63,681 bases of DNA, from positions 1 to 63,681 of the forward strand of contig JABANN010000134.1 in assembly GCA_013115125.1 (NCBI GenBank), written 5' to 3'. This document shows, piece after piece, positions 49,062 to 62,100 of the stretch (position 1 is its first letter; every line of letters starts with the position of its first letter). A model generated the notes under the pieces. The model searched no databases. It had not been told where the DNA came from and saw nothing but the letters and a program-made list of their open reading frames with translations. The stretch is from Perkinsus olseni (taxonomy: Eukaryota). A program made the translations under genes and the position numbers.

Positions 49062-50598
49062 ATGATGAACTTACAGCAGCAGTTGCAGAACCTCGCCGGT
49101 GGTGGAGGGGCCGCCATGGGACGGGAGGACCAGACTCTCCCTGATACCAGCGAACAGGTAGTATCACCTTGAGGGAAGGGGGGCATGCTAGAGTCATCTT
49201 CATCATAGGTGTTTGTATCCAGTCTGGCCTTGTTAAAGATGCTCAAGCATGGTAGTATCGGCGAGGGGAGGAGGCTGTATCGGGTATAAGGCGGCCAGAG
49301 GGCATCAAGGGTGTCCCTTTCAGGTCGTGCCGGTGTGCCGATGGAGGTTATGGGGTTACTATTGGGAGAGTTCATCGACGACTACACTGTGAAGGTGGTG
49401 GATGTGTTCTCGATGCCGCAGTCCGGTAAGTCTGGTCATCTCCGCAAGGTGAATACCATCTCTTCCCCTAATCAATGCAGGTAACACAGTATCAGTCGAA
49501 TCTATCGATGAGGTTTTCCAGGCTACCATGCTGGAGATGCTCAATCAGACAGGAAGGTCATACCGAGGGAGTCATCCCATTCCCCTATGCCCTCTCATCA
49601 GGTCTGAGAATGTGGTGGGGTGGTATCACTCCCATCCTGGCTTTGGCTGTTGGTTCTCTGGTACTGATATCAACACCCAACAAGCCTTCGAGCAGCTCAA
49701 CCCTCGTGCCGTGGGCATCGTCGTGGACCCAATTCAGGTGAGTGGTATGCTCTCTTCCGACTCTAGGAGGGCTCTGTGGATCCCTCGCTCCTACACCCCG
49801 CGTTCCCTGACGACAAGACTGAATGCCTCTTTCGACTGCTTGATGGCATGGCTAGTGTGATGTGTGTTTCAGTCCGTAAAGGGGAAGGTGGTCATCGACT
49901 GCTTCCGATTGATCAACCCTCAAATGCTGATGTTGGGCCAGGAGCCTCGACAGACTACCTCCAACATCGGTCATCTCAACAGGCCATCATTGTCAGCCCT
50001 CATCCACGGCCTTAACAGACACTACTACAGTAACCCCATACCATCGCATTCACAACGCAATGCCCTCTATCAGGTATTGCTATCAGCTACAAGAAGAATC
50101 CCTTGGAGCAAAGGATGCTGCTCAATCTTCATAAGGAGAAGTGGCAAGACGGTCTAAGGTAGTATCATAGACCGCTTCGCTCCGCTAGAGTATTGGTTAT
50201 TTTTTAAGGTTGAGGAGCTACTCTGATCATGACAAGCGCAACTCGGAGCTGATGAGTAACATACTGAAAATGACCAAGGGGTAATGACAATTTCAACTTT
50301 GGATGGGCGGGAGAATAGCCAACAGATATAATGACCTAATCCGGGATGAGACGAAGCTGACTGAGGAGGAAATCGTAGTGAAGAATGCAGGCAAGGTTGA
50401 CCCTAAGAAGGGGCTGGTAATAGCGGCCGTCGTGATGAGGGGGAGTTATGGTAGCTTATGGTAGGAGCGCAATGTTGAGGAGACACTCGAGAACAATATA
50501 CTACAGATCATGGGCAGCATGCTGGACTCGGCGGTGAGTGGCAGCACCAGGGGCTCTCCCCCATGGTGGTATGTCCGTCTTCTCCTCAGACCTTCTGA
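49062..50598 (+). CDS. RPN11: 26S proteasome lid deubiquitinase RPN11/PSMD14
   Basis: [27 protein letters not shown] motif [56 protein letters not shown]. Confidence 0.96.
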
Positions 50599-50722
50599 TT
50601 GTGGATGATACGGTTGTTGATAAACACTGCGTGTTATTAAGATAGTTTCCTAATAGATCCTGCCCTCCTTGCGTCGGCCGGGTGGTCACCTCTCATCCTA
50701 GTTATCATCTCTTGTTGATAGT

Positions 50723-52059
50723 ATGTTCAGTTCTGACAGTGGCGTCAAGGTATTAGACAACACCCCATCCAAGGGGCCTGCTATGGACTCTCCCTCCATG
50801 ATTAGCCTACCCGCCCACAGCCCTCCAGTCGAGCAAACCTCGGGAGATCGTGAGTGCCAAGGGACCGCTCAGTAGGGGGAACTTCACGGTTCATCAGAGG
50901 CGGATCGGTCCACCGCCGTACCCGAGAACGCTGCCATACCATCAGTCCTCTTCCACAATGCCGCATTCTCGTATCATTTCTATGCGGCTCACTGTGCAAG
51001 GGATGATGAGGGTAGCAGGAGTTGGCGACATCCTCGAGGCTCACCTCAGTCGTGCTTGGTAGACACAAACGACGTCACGGCAGCAGAGGACACTAACGTA
51101 TCCGTGTGCCCTCGCCCTCAGCTTATAGAGAGGTGGAAGAACACCCTCTTGAACTTGACTGAGGTGCCCAGTGGCGGCTCATCATGTCTGTCAACAGCGG
51201 CTGTTGTGATGACAGGTTGATAACGAGGATATGGACTTCCTGTCATTCTGGAGGGCCATCGACCGGGCAGGGGATATTGAGGATACTAGCGGTGATGTTA
51301 TCCTAGACGGTGAGGGCACAGGAGTATCCTGAGGTCGATTCTGGAACATCATGCAGGTATCCGTATCTTTCGAGATCGGGTCCTGGACGCTTGCCAAGCC
51401 TCGCGCCCGGAGGTTGATGGAGTGAAGGCTGGGGATGTCGCCGCAATCGTCTCGGACGTGAAGAAGAGATGCGACAATGAGGAGGCGGCCAACTACTGGG
51501 ATAACGTCCTGGCGTAGTGGACGGGGTCTTCGACCTCGGTCCTGCATCTTGGGCGTCAGGGCGATACCAGACGATCCAGCTCAGCTGCTCACCACAGGGG
51601 AGATATCTGATGCCATTTACATGTTCCTGAGGGACTACATTGAGGAGCAAAAGTCCACTCATGGTGCCAGCTCCAGTAGGCACCCCTCTGCGGCTTAGTG
51701 TAGAGAAGGGACTGGTTCTAGGCAACGCCAGCACACCGATGCTGAGTGAACGGAGGAGGCGACGACGGTCGGGAGGACGAGGCTCGACTCCCCCGTCGGG
51801 CGCCCTGGTCCATTCCCTCAGTCAGAAGGCTCTTCGGACGCATGAACAGCAAATGCTGATGCGCATGAGTATTCCTGGCGCTATGCAGGACATGGGTAAT
51901 ATACCCCTCACCGCACTCGACAAAGGAGCGTATCTTTTAGGTTGGCAAAGGAACATAACCGAATCGTTGGAGAAGCAAGAAAGACAGACGCAGGAGTTGG
52001 CATTGACGATTACCCAACTGAAAGAGGCTATTGAGAAGGATAAAGCCCCTCCTTCTCCG

Positions 52060-52090
<31 letters not shown>

Positions 52091-52197
52091 AGGGCGTGGA
52101 CAGACCAGCGTGCTGGTGGAGATGTCTGCGGAGTGTGCTGTATGGTGGTGATACTAAGAGCTGCTCCTTGGCCCCTGATGCTTGCTTCCAACAGTGA
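50723..52197 (+). CDS. Hypothetical multi-exon protein with a C-terminal coiled coil and poly-Ala
   Basis: Chain of short GT-AG-bounded exons; last exon LEKQERQTQELALTITQLKEAIEK. No family recognised. Confidence 0.45.
52061..52090 (+). repeat. (CTG)10 microsatellite
   Basis: ctgctgctg run encoding poly-Ala. Confidence 0.9.
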
Positions 52198-52294
52198 TAG
52201 TTCTAATTTATATCAGTACGTATGTACTAGTCACTGCATGACGACGACGATCATTTCTTTCATACCATCATTTCCCCAACACTCTTCTGTTTGA

Positions 52295-53952
52295 TTACCA
52301 GCCAGTACCATCGGCGGAGGGAAGAGCCTGCACGTAGCTGGGTGCCAGAGCAAACATTCCCACGTGGTTGCCAGTGTGGTGGCATACTGAAGTGTTAATA
52401 GCCAGCAATCGACCTGCCTCCGCAATGTCTACCGAGAGGCCGTTCCCTGCGCACCAATACCAGTATGCATGATCGAGGCGCATTCCTGTCAAATGTCCTT
52501 ATTTTTCCGTCCACAGCCACGGACACTTCCCGCACACGGTGGCAATTTACACCCGGCATACGGAACTCGGCACTTGAGAGAGTTCAGAAACCACCACCAA
52601 TGCTGGCATGCATCACCACAGTCTGCCGAAGACTATCCGCCGCCCGCCTCTTTTTTTGCTGCTTGGTTCTTCGCCTGAGTGACTACTTGAGTACTCTTGT
52701 TCTGCACTCTGAACTTCCATGCAATCAGCTTCTTGCGGTTCAATACCGCCTCTCTGAAGGGAAGACAACCCATACGGTGCTCCCCGACGACAGCCTGATG
52801 AGCGGATCCAACAGGTTGTCAAAATATGCGGGTGTTGGCTTGGTCAAATGGCTCGATTTTATGCTACTTTCACGACCACAACGTAATGAAAGGGCTGCTA
52901 CTACCTTCCAGAGTACCGCCTTCTACACCGACTCTTGAACTTCTTCCACACATTCCACTTAGGATGCTGTCGTTGCTTGAACCGATGCTTCGTGTAGAGA
53001 ACCTAGTGGGGTGGGTAACATACAGCCATATCAGAAAGAGTGGGAAGGCTGACTTCATTAACGAAGAGGTCCAGTATAGGGAAGCCAGCCTCCTCTACGT
53101 AAGGGTAGGGGCCTCTCTGCTGGGACCTGTACGTTGCCAGTAGAGAAGAGTGCGTAGCATTGGATAGGGGGGCTCACGATGACTGTTTGTCCTGGAAGGC
53201 CTGCAGCTTGCCACCTCTACGTATCTTGCCGTGATGCCACACCTATCGACCATCGATTTGATAGGAATAAAGCGAGAGTGTAGTGATTACGGTATCGAAC
53301 TCCTCACAGAGCTTAGCCAGCTGCCTGTGCGGGAATAGATCCGTGGACACTGTGGCAAGATGGGACGACAATGGGGTGTCGATGGAATCATACGCCTGTG
53401 TATTGGACTAGAGTCGACCTAAGATACTCTATCCTGTACTACTAATCGGAGATGTTCCGGCACATGATCCTGCGTTAGGAGGTACTGTCGTCCAACATAC
53501 TCCGGGCTGCCCATCCTGAAGGTCGAGGGGTGAGCTGAGGAGCGGAAGCGAGCGGCTCACCCACTGTACGTCCGAGGCAGCCTGGTCATAGGGGAGTGTG
53601 TCGGCTCAAGACCGTTGAGCACCTGTTGCAGCGGTCATCAGGAATAGAGGGCTGCCTCACCGAGGCTCTGAAGGCAGGGTGAGCTCGCATGCCTGGCTGC
53701 CAGAATACCCGTTCGTTGACGGTCAGCATCGGGGACTTCTTCCTAAACCCAACCGTTCTTATCATGCACTCCCTTATTCACGAATTCATCCCTCATAACA
53801 GAACAGCCCGGCTTCCGGCGGAGGATGGGGGTGCCCTGCCGGCCCCTTCCCTACCTAGAGTTGGTATTACCTCACCTCATGGCCGGGTCTCTGCTTCCTG
53901 AACACCCATCGAGGCCTCAGGTGGTGGTCTATTTTGAACCATGCTTGGCATG
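52295..53952 (-). CDS. Hypothetical multi-exon protein
   Basis: Regularly spaced minus-strand donor/acceptor sites with open exons (e.g. YWYWCAGNGLSVDIAE). No family recognised. Confidence 0.35.
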
Positions 53953-54395
53953 CTGTTGTCCCTTGCCGTCGTCCATGCCTCCATGTCATGAGATGACACT
54001 GTAGTAAAAACTATAGTACAACGGGATTGCTGAAAAGTTGCGTTGAACCCCAAATTTTGATACCGCGCGCGCCATTGTGATCGATGTATTTAACTTGGAT
54101 ATATCTCTGCTCGTCCTCGTGCCCCAATCAGTCACCCACTCCTCTACGGATCTTCCTTCAGGCTGTCCTACGAACTCTATGGACCGGTCTCGTCGGGGTA
54201 AGCGACAGAGCTTGGATTAAATCTATTCATCCCGCAGTCTCGAGGGCGGTGGGCAGCTAATGGGACAGTCTGAAGTATTCTCGTTCGGCCAAACAATAGT
54301 TCAGACTTTGTCGTCTCTCCCGTCGTCCGGTGTAACCAACTCTTCAGCCACCACCGTCCTTGCTCTTTTCCTAGTCCCATTTATCCATCATCCCT

Positions 54396-55964
54396 ATGCT
54401 CCGTACCGACTTGACCCAGCTGTTGGGCATAGAGCACCCCATCATGTGCGCGGGTATGGGCTTCTTCGTCACTGGACCCGACCTGGCCGCCGCGGTAAGT
54501 GCTATTAAGTACACTCCTCTCAGGCGTCATCGTTCAGGTCTCTAATGCGGGTGGGATTGGTACCATCGGCGCGGTAGGGTTGAACCCTGCCGGTCTGCGG
54601 CAGGTCATAAGGGAGTTGAAGGCCAAGCTCAGCCCGGGCAAACCCTACGGGGTAGTAATTGCTTCTTACCAGACGCTTCTCGGATGGGAGACCCTGTGTG
54701 ATGATGGTCATCTCGCGCTCTGGTCAGGTTGATTTGTTACTGCCAGCGGACCCGCGGGAGAATCCCAATGCTAGGAAGACCAACAAGGACTACAGCGGAG
54801 GGCAGTTGGAAGCCTTGGTTCAGGTAACTAGGTGGTGCTCATTGCCATGCCCATGGTGATTTGGTCAGGTTATGGTAGATGAGAAGGTTCCACTTTTCGT
54901 GTGCGCCGTCGGAGTGCCTCCACGTTGGGTGTCTGATAAACTCCATCAAAGTGGAACCGTCATCATGAACATGATCGGCCATCCTTCTCACGTTGCCAAG
55001 GCCATCAAGGCTGGATGCGACATCATCTGTGCGCAGGGCACGGAGGCTGGTAACAATAGTATTGCCGTTGGGGAGTCCTCACCCTATCATACAGGTGGCC
55101 ATACTGGAGACATCGCTACTACTGTCCTAGTGCCGATGGCAGTCGATTCGTGCAAGGGCCATAAGAATCACTTTGGCTCTGATGTAGGGGGCCTCTCTTC
55201 CTTTCCTACCCGCTCTACGCTCATGGCAGGTCCTGGTAGTGGCCGCGGGAGGCATTAGAGATGGCCGAGGAGTGGCTGCTGCTCTGGCCTTGGGAGCCAG
55301 CGGCGTTTGGATGGGCACCCGCTTCCTGATGACGCCCGAATCTAATGTTGAACCTCGGGCGAAAGAGGTGAGGATGGAATCTTTCGTCCGGGACGCTTGG
55401 AATATGGATGGTATCAGATTCTGTTGAAGGCGGACTTCAAGACGGCCACCATGCGTACCACCGCTTACACCGGGAGGCCTTGTAGAGTGATCAAGAACGA
55501 GTTCGTCAAACGTTGGGAGTCCCAGCCCGGTGCTCGGGATAAGCTGCTACAATCCGGCGTCATACCGCTGGCTAAGGACCTTATGGATGACAAGGTAGGC
55601 TGGGTTCTGGTCGACGCCACGGTGCTCGACTATCTGCTCAGCATGAGTAGTAGTCCTCCCTGTCACACAGGTCAAACCAACAGCCTTCTATGGTCTCATG
55701 GGTGATGGAACTGGCGCACCGCTCCGCCGTAAGGATGATCCGAAGCTCAATGAGATAGTTGATCCAAAGAACTCGGCCTTGCTGGCTGGCCAGTCTGTCA
55801 TGGCCATCGACGCGTTGAAGTGAGCCACCTTGAGTGGTAGAGCAGGTCCTGGATGTCTCTGTGTCAGGCCGGCGGGTGACCTCCTTCACGAAATCGTTGC
55901 CGAGACCGACAGGGTCCTTCGTCAAGTCAACTCAGTGAGGGTCGCGGGGGTGGCTAAAATGTAA
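54396..55964 (+). CDS. Nitronate monooxygenase / 2-nitropropane dioxygenase-family flavoenzyme with C-terminal PTS1
   Basis: LTQLLGIEHPIMCAGM, LAAA|VSNAGGIG, AQGTEAG|GHTG, AAGGIRDGRGVAAALALGASGVWMGTRF, LAGQS; ends GVAKM*. Confidence 0.9.
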
Positions 55965-56150
55965 CAGCCCGAGCGAGCCCCAATTATTGCGTCAAGTTTT
56001 TGCTAGTTTTCATGATAGAAGTATGATCGCTTTTTCTATGAACACGGGCATTGATGTTCCGAGTTGAGCGGGGTAGTGATGGGAAACTCGTCATCATCAG
56101 TTTGGTTATCTTCCACCCATTTCACACCACTCGACTAGTCCAGCGGCAGT

Positions 56151-57656
56151 ATGAGTACTCTAGACCGGATCAATGAGATCGAGCAGGAGATGGCTCGTAC
56201 TCAGAAGAATAAGGCCACCAACGCCCATCTTGGTCGATTAAAGGCCAAGCTGGCCAAGCTGAAGACGGAGGTAAACTCGACCATCGGGATACAACTTAGT
56301 CGCATGCTATCGCCATTCAGCTGGTCAGCGGCTCCAAGAGCGGCGGTGGTGGTGGCGGTGGCGAAGGGTTCGACGTCAAGGCCACAGGCAATGCCCGAGT
56401 GGGGCTTATCGGATTCCCATCAGTGGGGAAATCTACGTTGTTAAATAAGGTACTTAATACAGGGGTATGGGTTGGGTGCGGTGATGCTCCGTCCTCTCGC
56501 AGTTGACTGGTACCTTCTCGGAAACAGCAGCATACGAGTTCACAACTCTTACTTGCGTGCCTGGAGTATACACTTACAAGGGAGCCAAGGTCCAGGTGTT
56601 GGATCTGCCTGGTAGGTGGAGGGGAGTGCCCGAGAGAGGCTGTTTGAGGGAGTATCTTTAGGTATCATTGAGGGTGCTAAGGACGGTAAAGGTAGAGGTA
56701 AACAGGTTATTAGTGTGGCCATGACCTGCAGTCTGATCCTCATCTGTCTCGACGTTACCAAGCCCCTCACACAAAAGCGGAAAATCGAGCATGAGCTTGA
56801 GGGCTTTGGCATGAGGCTCAACAAGAAGGAACCCAATATTATCATCACCAAGTCTGATAAGGGTGGTATCAACATCACCGTCGCCCCTGGGTATCGGTTG
56901 ATCGGCATGGACGAGGAGACGGTGGTGACCATCTGCAAGGAGTTCCGGATCACCAATGCTTCTATCGTGTTCCGATGCAATGCTAGCAGTGATGATCTCA
57001 TCGATGTTATTGAAGGTAATGATAGACCGACGCCCGCGGTATGAGAATGCTCACCTCTCGTTCAGGCGGCCGGAAGTACGTCCCTTGCCTGTATGTGATG
57101 AACAAGATTGATTCCATCACCATCGAGGAGTTAGACGTTATCTGTAAATGCCCTCATTACGTGCCCATCTCAGCTGATCTTGGATGGAACATAGACGGTC
57201 TTAAGGATAAGATGTGGGATTACATGGACCTTATTCGGGTAAGTATGACAACTGGCGGGGGACTCGGTCATGAGATTACGGCCCAGTCACCAACGAGAAT
57301 ACCCTGCGAACGACAGCGCCGCTTCTTAGGTGTACACGAAGCCTAAGGGGCAAGTACCTGATTACTCCGAACCAGTCATTCTGCCTCGAGAGAAGAGTAC
57401 TATGGAGGACTTCTGCCTCAAGCTGCATAAGGTACGTTACACAGCAGTCCTCATCCTCTAGCGCACCTCCGTCTTTCTCAGAGTATCCTTGATGAGTTCA
57501 AATATGCGTTGGTCTGGGGTATGTCAGTGAAGCACAATCCTCAGCGAGTTGGAAAGGACCATGTACTGCTCCCTTTCCCGAGCAGCAGCTCGTCACCACG
57601 TCTCGTAGGTACTGGTGGATGAAGATGTTGTACAGATCGTGAAGACCACGGGTTAG
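56151..57656 (+). CDS. DRG1: Developmentally regulated GTP-binding protein 1 (Rbg1)
   Basis: [52 protein letters not shown] (DRG1-type rather than DRG2), NKID and TGS domain DEDVVQIVK. Confidence 0.95.
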
Positions 57657-57813
57657 AGAAGGATGATGTTACATTTTCCTCCCTTTCGCTGCTTATTCAC
57701 CAATAGTCTCCGACTTGCGATTCCTGTTGTATTAGAGGGGCTCGGTTAAGTGTCGACGGTTTTGTCAGTATTGTCATCACTTTAGCGTTTGCTACTACTA
57801 CGTCCGATACGCC

Positions 57814-59321
57814 ATGGCCCCCAAGGGTGGTAAACAAGATCAAGGGGCAGAGAAGGCAAAGATGAAGGCACGAGAGAGAGTCGCTGAGGATAAGACTTTC
57901 GGCCTCAAGAACAAGAACAAGTCTCACAAGGTCCAGAGGTACGCTAGCACGGCTGAGAGGATTTGGCGAACTTATATCATTCTGAGCATACGTCCTCAGG
58001 TATGTACAGGAAGTTCAGGCAGCCGCGAAGGCAAAGCCTGGTCAGCGGGGACCTCAGAAGAACGAGGTAATGGAAAGGTCGTGGGTTCAATCCGCGGTGG
58101 CATTGTTATTAATTGTACAGTTCGAAAAGCGGGAAGAAAAGAAGAAGGAGGAGCAACGGAAGTTCTTGCTACAGTCTATCTTCTCCGGTGTGCAATTAGA
58201 GACTAAGAAGGATAAGAAGAAGGCTGCCAAGCAGAAGAAGAAGGAAGAGGTTGGACGGTTTCCCGACCGGTTTGTGTGTTGACGGTGAGACTTTTAGGAG
58301 GAGAAGTACGGCAAGATCGATCTCTATTCTGATAACCGAGACAAGAAGGGAGAATCTGACGAGGAAAAGAAGGAGGATACTATGGACCACTGGGACCAGG
58401 CCAAGCTGGAACAAGTTATTAAAACTAAGCATAACGCTACTAACACGAACAAGCCTACTGAGATTATCTGTAAATACTTCCTTGACGCTGTGGAGAAGGG
58501 TGTCTACGGATGGGTAGGTTACCGAAAGCGGCAAGGGTCTGTCTACATTGTGGGCTGATCAGTTCTGGGCGTGCCCCAATGGCGGTGATAAGTGCAAGTA
58601 TCGGCACGCTCTGCCTGCTGGATACGTGTTGAAGAAGAGGAAGACGGAAGATGATGATGACGATTACGACAACGGGCCGTCAATCGATGAGATCATCGAG
58701 CAGGAACGACAAGCCTTACCGGCTGGAGGTAGAAAGAGAACATACCTAATGCACGCCCTCAACTCGGGGCAACTTCACGATGAACCCGACACTAGACTCG
58801 CAAACCAGGAATTTGCGCGATCTGTACTGGTTAGCTCGGACGAGTGGAGTTCTCTGCGTCCAAGGGCTTCTGGTCAGGAACTCCCGTCACACTCGAGACG
58901 TTCACAGCGTGGAAGAAGAAGAAGCAAGAGGAGAGGGAGGCAGAAGAGGAACGGAAGAAGCAGGAGCGCATCGCCCAGGCTAAGAAGGAGAAGCGGAGTG
59001 TCATGTCCGGAAGGTAAGCATGGCATTCACCAGTGCAACCCATTGGTGCTGAGTTCGGAACCAGCCACGTTGGTATCATCGTTGCTCAGGGATCTTTTCA
59101 CCTTCGATCCGACCTTGTTCGCCGATGACGAGGATGCTAGCTCGGATTCTTCTGATGAGGAGGAGTCTGACGAGGAGGACAACGAAGTTGATGTACTACA
59201 CGGTGATGGGAGTGGTTAATGGAGGGAATGTTCTCCTGTTCAGACTCCCCAGCACGTCCTCCAGAGCACAGATGCCGCTGCCTTGTTCTCGAAGGATGAG
59301 GAACTGCCTGATGATGATTAA
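57814..59321 (+). CDS. ZC3H15: DRG family regulatory protein 1 (ZC3H15/Tma46)
   Basis: [98 protein letters not shown]. Confidence 0.92.
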
Positions 59322-59799
59322 CTCATCAGCGGGGCCTAACTATCGCCGCTTATTGTACGATTCGGCAAGTTCATCTTCCTTATCAAATCTACTTGCAAGC
59401 TTTTGGGTTGCCAAGTCACCGCATTCCTCAGTAGCATGAATACCATGCCGATAAATACGATAATAAACACCCTCCTCCTGAGCAAAGAATGTATCGACCC
59501 TGAACACTATCGAACCGCCAAAGCTTTGCTCCCATCAAACTCGGTCATGACGACAGGCAAGAGTTGCCCTCGGCCGTGGCGCTGAGTTAGTAAGCGAATA
59601 ACCTAACTATTGTGGCCATTCCTGGACGACGTCCCATCTCTATCACAACCTTCACGACGGATTCGTATCTGCTAAAAGTATCACTGCCTATCACTCGGAA
59701 CGTCTCTTATGTGGAGATCTCCAGCGTGGTAGCCGGAGGGAACCTAGCTGACGTAGCTGAACCTGGTGTGGAGTGGGGAGCCCGACGCGTTCGTTACCC

Positions 59800-62100
59800 A
59801 CGCACGTTACACATGCACGCGTAAATGAAGTTGAGTTCGTTGCTACTCATATTACCGCCATCATGACTCTCTCCAAGTTCATCAATTCATCTTGTTCCTG
59901 GTTCACTCCCTCCACACGCCCTTGATCCCAGCGACCGAGGGCAAGCGGGGTCACTCTGTGTCTACTCCCTAGCAAACGAACTGGTCCGCGTCTGCCACTA
60001 TAACTAAACTCCGCGTGCAGAAATGAGCAAATTAGCGAGGCATGATCATAGAATAGAGAGACTTTGAAAACAACCGCTTTCGCCAAAACCGACTTCAAGG
60101 CTCGAGTTGGAAGGAGGCAACTTCAATCTCGGGACTTCGGTATCTACGCACAGGAGGCGATGAGGAGCAGCACCGATATCAGAGCGTTTCCCGGGAAGAC
60201 CCATCTAATGTCCCATCATAGGGGCAAATGCAGGGTGACGCGACGGAGCCTTCGGAATTACAGTGTGTAGAAATGCCGATTGATGTGAGCTCGGCGAAGT
60301 CCATGAAATCTTGCAGAGCTCGATCGTATGTCCCTGAGAAGCGAGACGGAGTGCAAAACCCATCGACCCGGTATCAATTCTACGACTTGCTAGACCCATA
60401 CTACTTAGAAGGAGCTTCCTCAGGACGGTCGACATGGCCCTTGCCTACAAGGAATGAACTACCCGAAGGTCGTAGCGTGACACCCACCGCTGGCACGATA
60501 TGGCAACTTTCTACTTCCAGCTTCCTCTGCTGATACGACGCGGTTCGAGCACGATTAATGATCAAGTTCAAGTCCGCATGATCGTGCCTGCTCAGAGTTT
60601 CCTGAATAGTCGGCTCCTCTGGGGAACGCTCGTGACAATGCAGCACGCAGTGGCTCACGTGAAAGCAGCGATGGCTGTTAGCTGATGGCCAACGGCCGTA
60701 GCTGGCTCTGGGAATAGGCCCGACACCTGAGACCCAGGCACTATAATCAGCTGCTTAGGAGCTATCCCAGCTCACAAGCCTCGCCGAGTCGCCGAATACC
60801 TCTCCAGGTTGGAAGTTAACGAGATCTTTCCACCTGACCACACACCATGTATTGCCATCAGACGGGAGAATATGCGTGTAACTCATTTCGGGAGCGCCGC
60901 CGCGCGAAGAGATGATAAATCGCAGATTGCTGCTTCCTAGGGACCCTCACTTCCAGAGAGCGGACTGGAGCAGCCGACTCGTCGCTCGGTTGATGGCGAC
61001 CTTCATCAAGACCAGGCCTTGGGCTAACCCGCCTTCCAACGTCACAGCTCGGAGCTGCTCCCTGAGGTCCTCGTGTCGAACTAACCAATTGCCGTCACAG
61101 TCGGCTATCTTGGCCCTGAGTTCAAAACAGCCACTATTTCCAATTCCAGAGCGCTTGAGTGGCACAACGCGAGCTGCGATGTAGACGGATCAGATTCGTC
61201 GGTTCCCCACGCGTATTCCTTATCAATCTCCTCTAGTGCAAGCACGTCGTTCTCCGCCTGTCCGGCTTTGATCGCCCAACGCTGGTTCAGAACCTACAGA
61301 GGCACCAGACGTTGAGCGGCGTTTGAACGTGAAATTCCGAGGATGATGCATCTCGCAAAACAGCATCTTCGAGGAATTCTCTGGCACTCATCGTCCGCGA
61401 AGTGTGAGCTCGGAGTCGCCCTCCATCACAAAAGTGCCTTATCATGAAAGCCTCACAGTGATAGCGTAATGATGATCCTTCTGTTCGCGCCGCATCGTGG
61501 CGAGTAACTGAGTTGAGCTAAGTTCCAGGTCGAGCAACGACCGCAAGATGAGGTACACAGATATCGCGTGGCCAGCGACAGCGTCGAGACCAACCTATAC
61601 TTATAGCGACTTTTTTTTCAGAGCGAAACCTCTTAATAATTTTTTTCTCGATTTCCCGAGGCAAAAAAATGGGCTTGTAAGTTTCTCTGGTCGAGACGAG
61701 GTACAGTACGCACCTGTTCTCGAGTTCGGTGAACCTCCTTCGTAGTTCGGTCTAGTGTCGGAAGCTCTGCCCACCGCGTCAGGGCGTCCTTCAGCTCTTG
61801 ATTTTGCATGTATGATATCATCGAATACAGGCGGCGTACCTGACGCAGTGCCCTTGCTGATATAACGGGTCGTGACAGCCGTGAGCGACATTGACCCTAC
61901 TGTGCAGTCCAGGTAGGACATCAACGTCTGCGGAGGGAGGATATCGGTAGGTCCGACATCCTCTCGTGTTGCCTCAGAGTAGACCGAAGACTCCATACGA
62001 TCCACGTTAGCATCAGGGACGAAGCTCGGGGCTCTCACGCCGTTATATTGCTGAGTCACAAACAGAGCGAGTCAGTATACGCTCAAGCCTGGGAAGAATC
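59800..62100. other. Gene-poor region of short broken ORFs, probably decayed element DNA
   Basis: No coherent spliced gene model; fragmentary ORFs such as 60947..61165 and 61601..62059. Confidence 0.3.
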
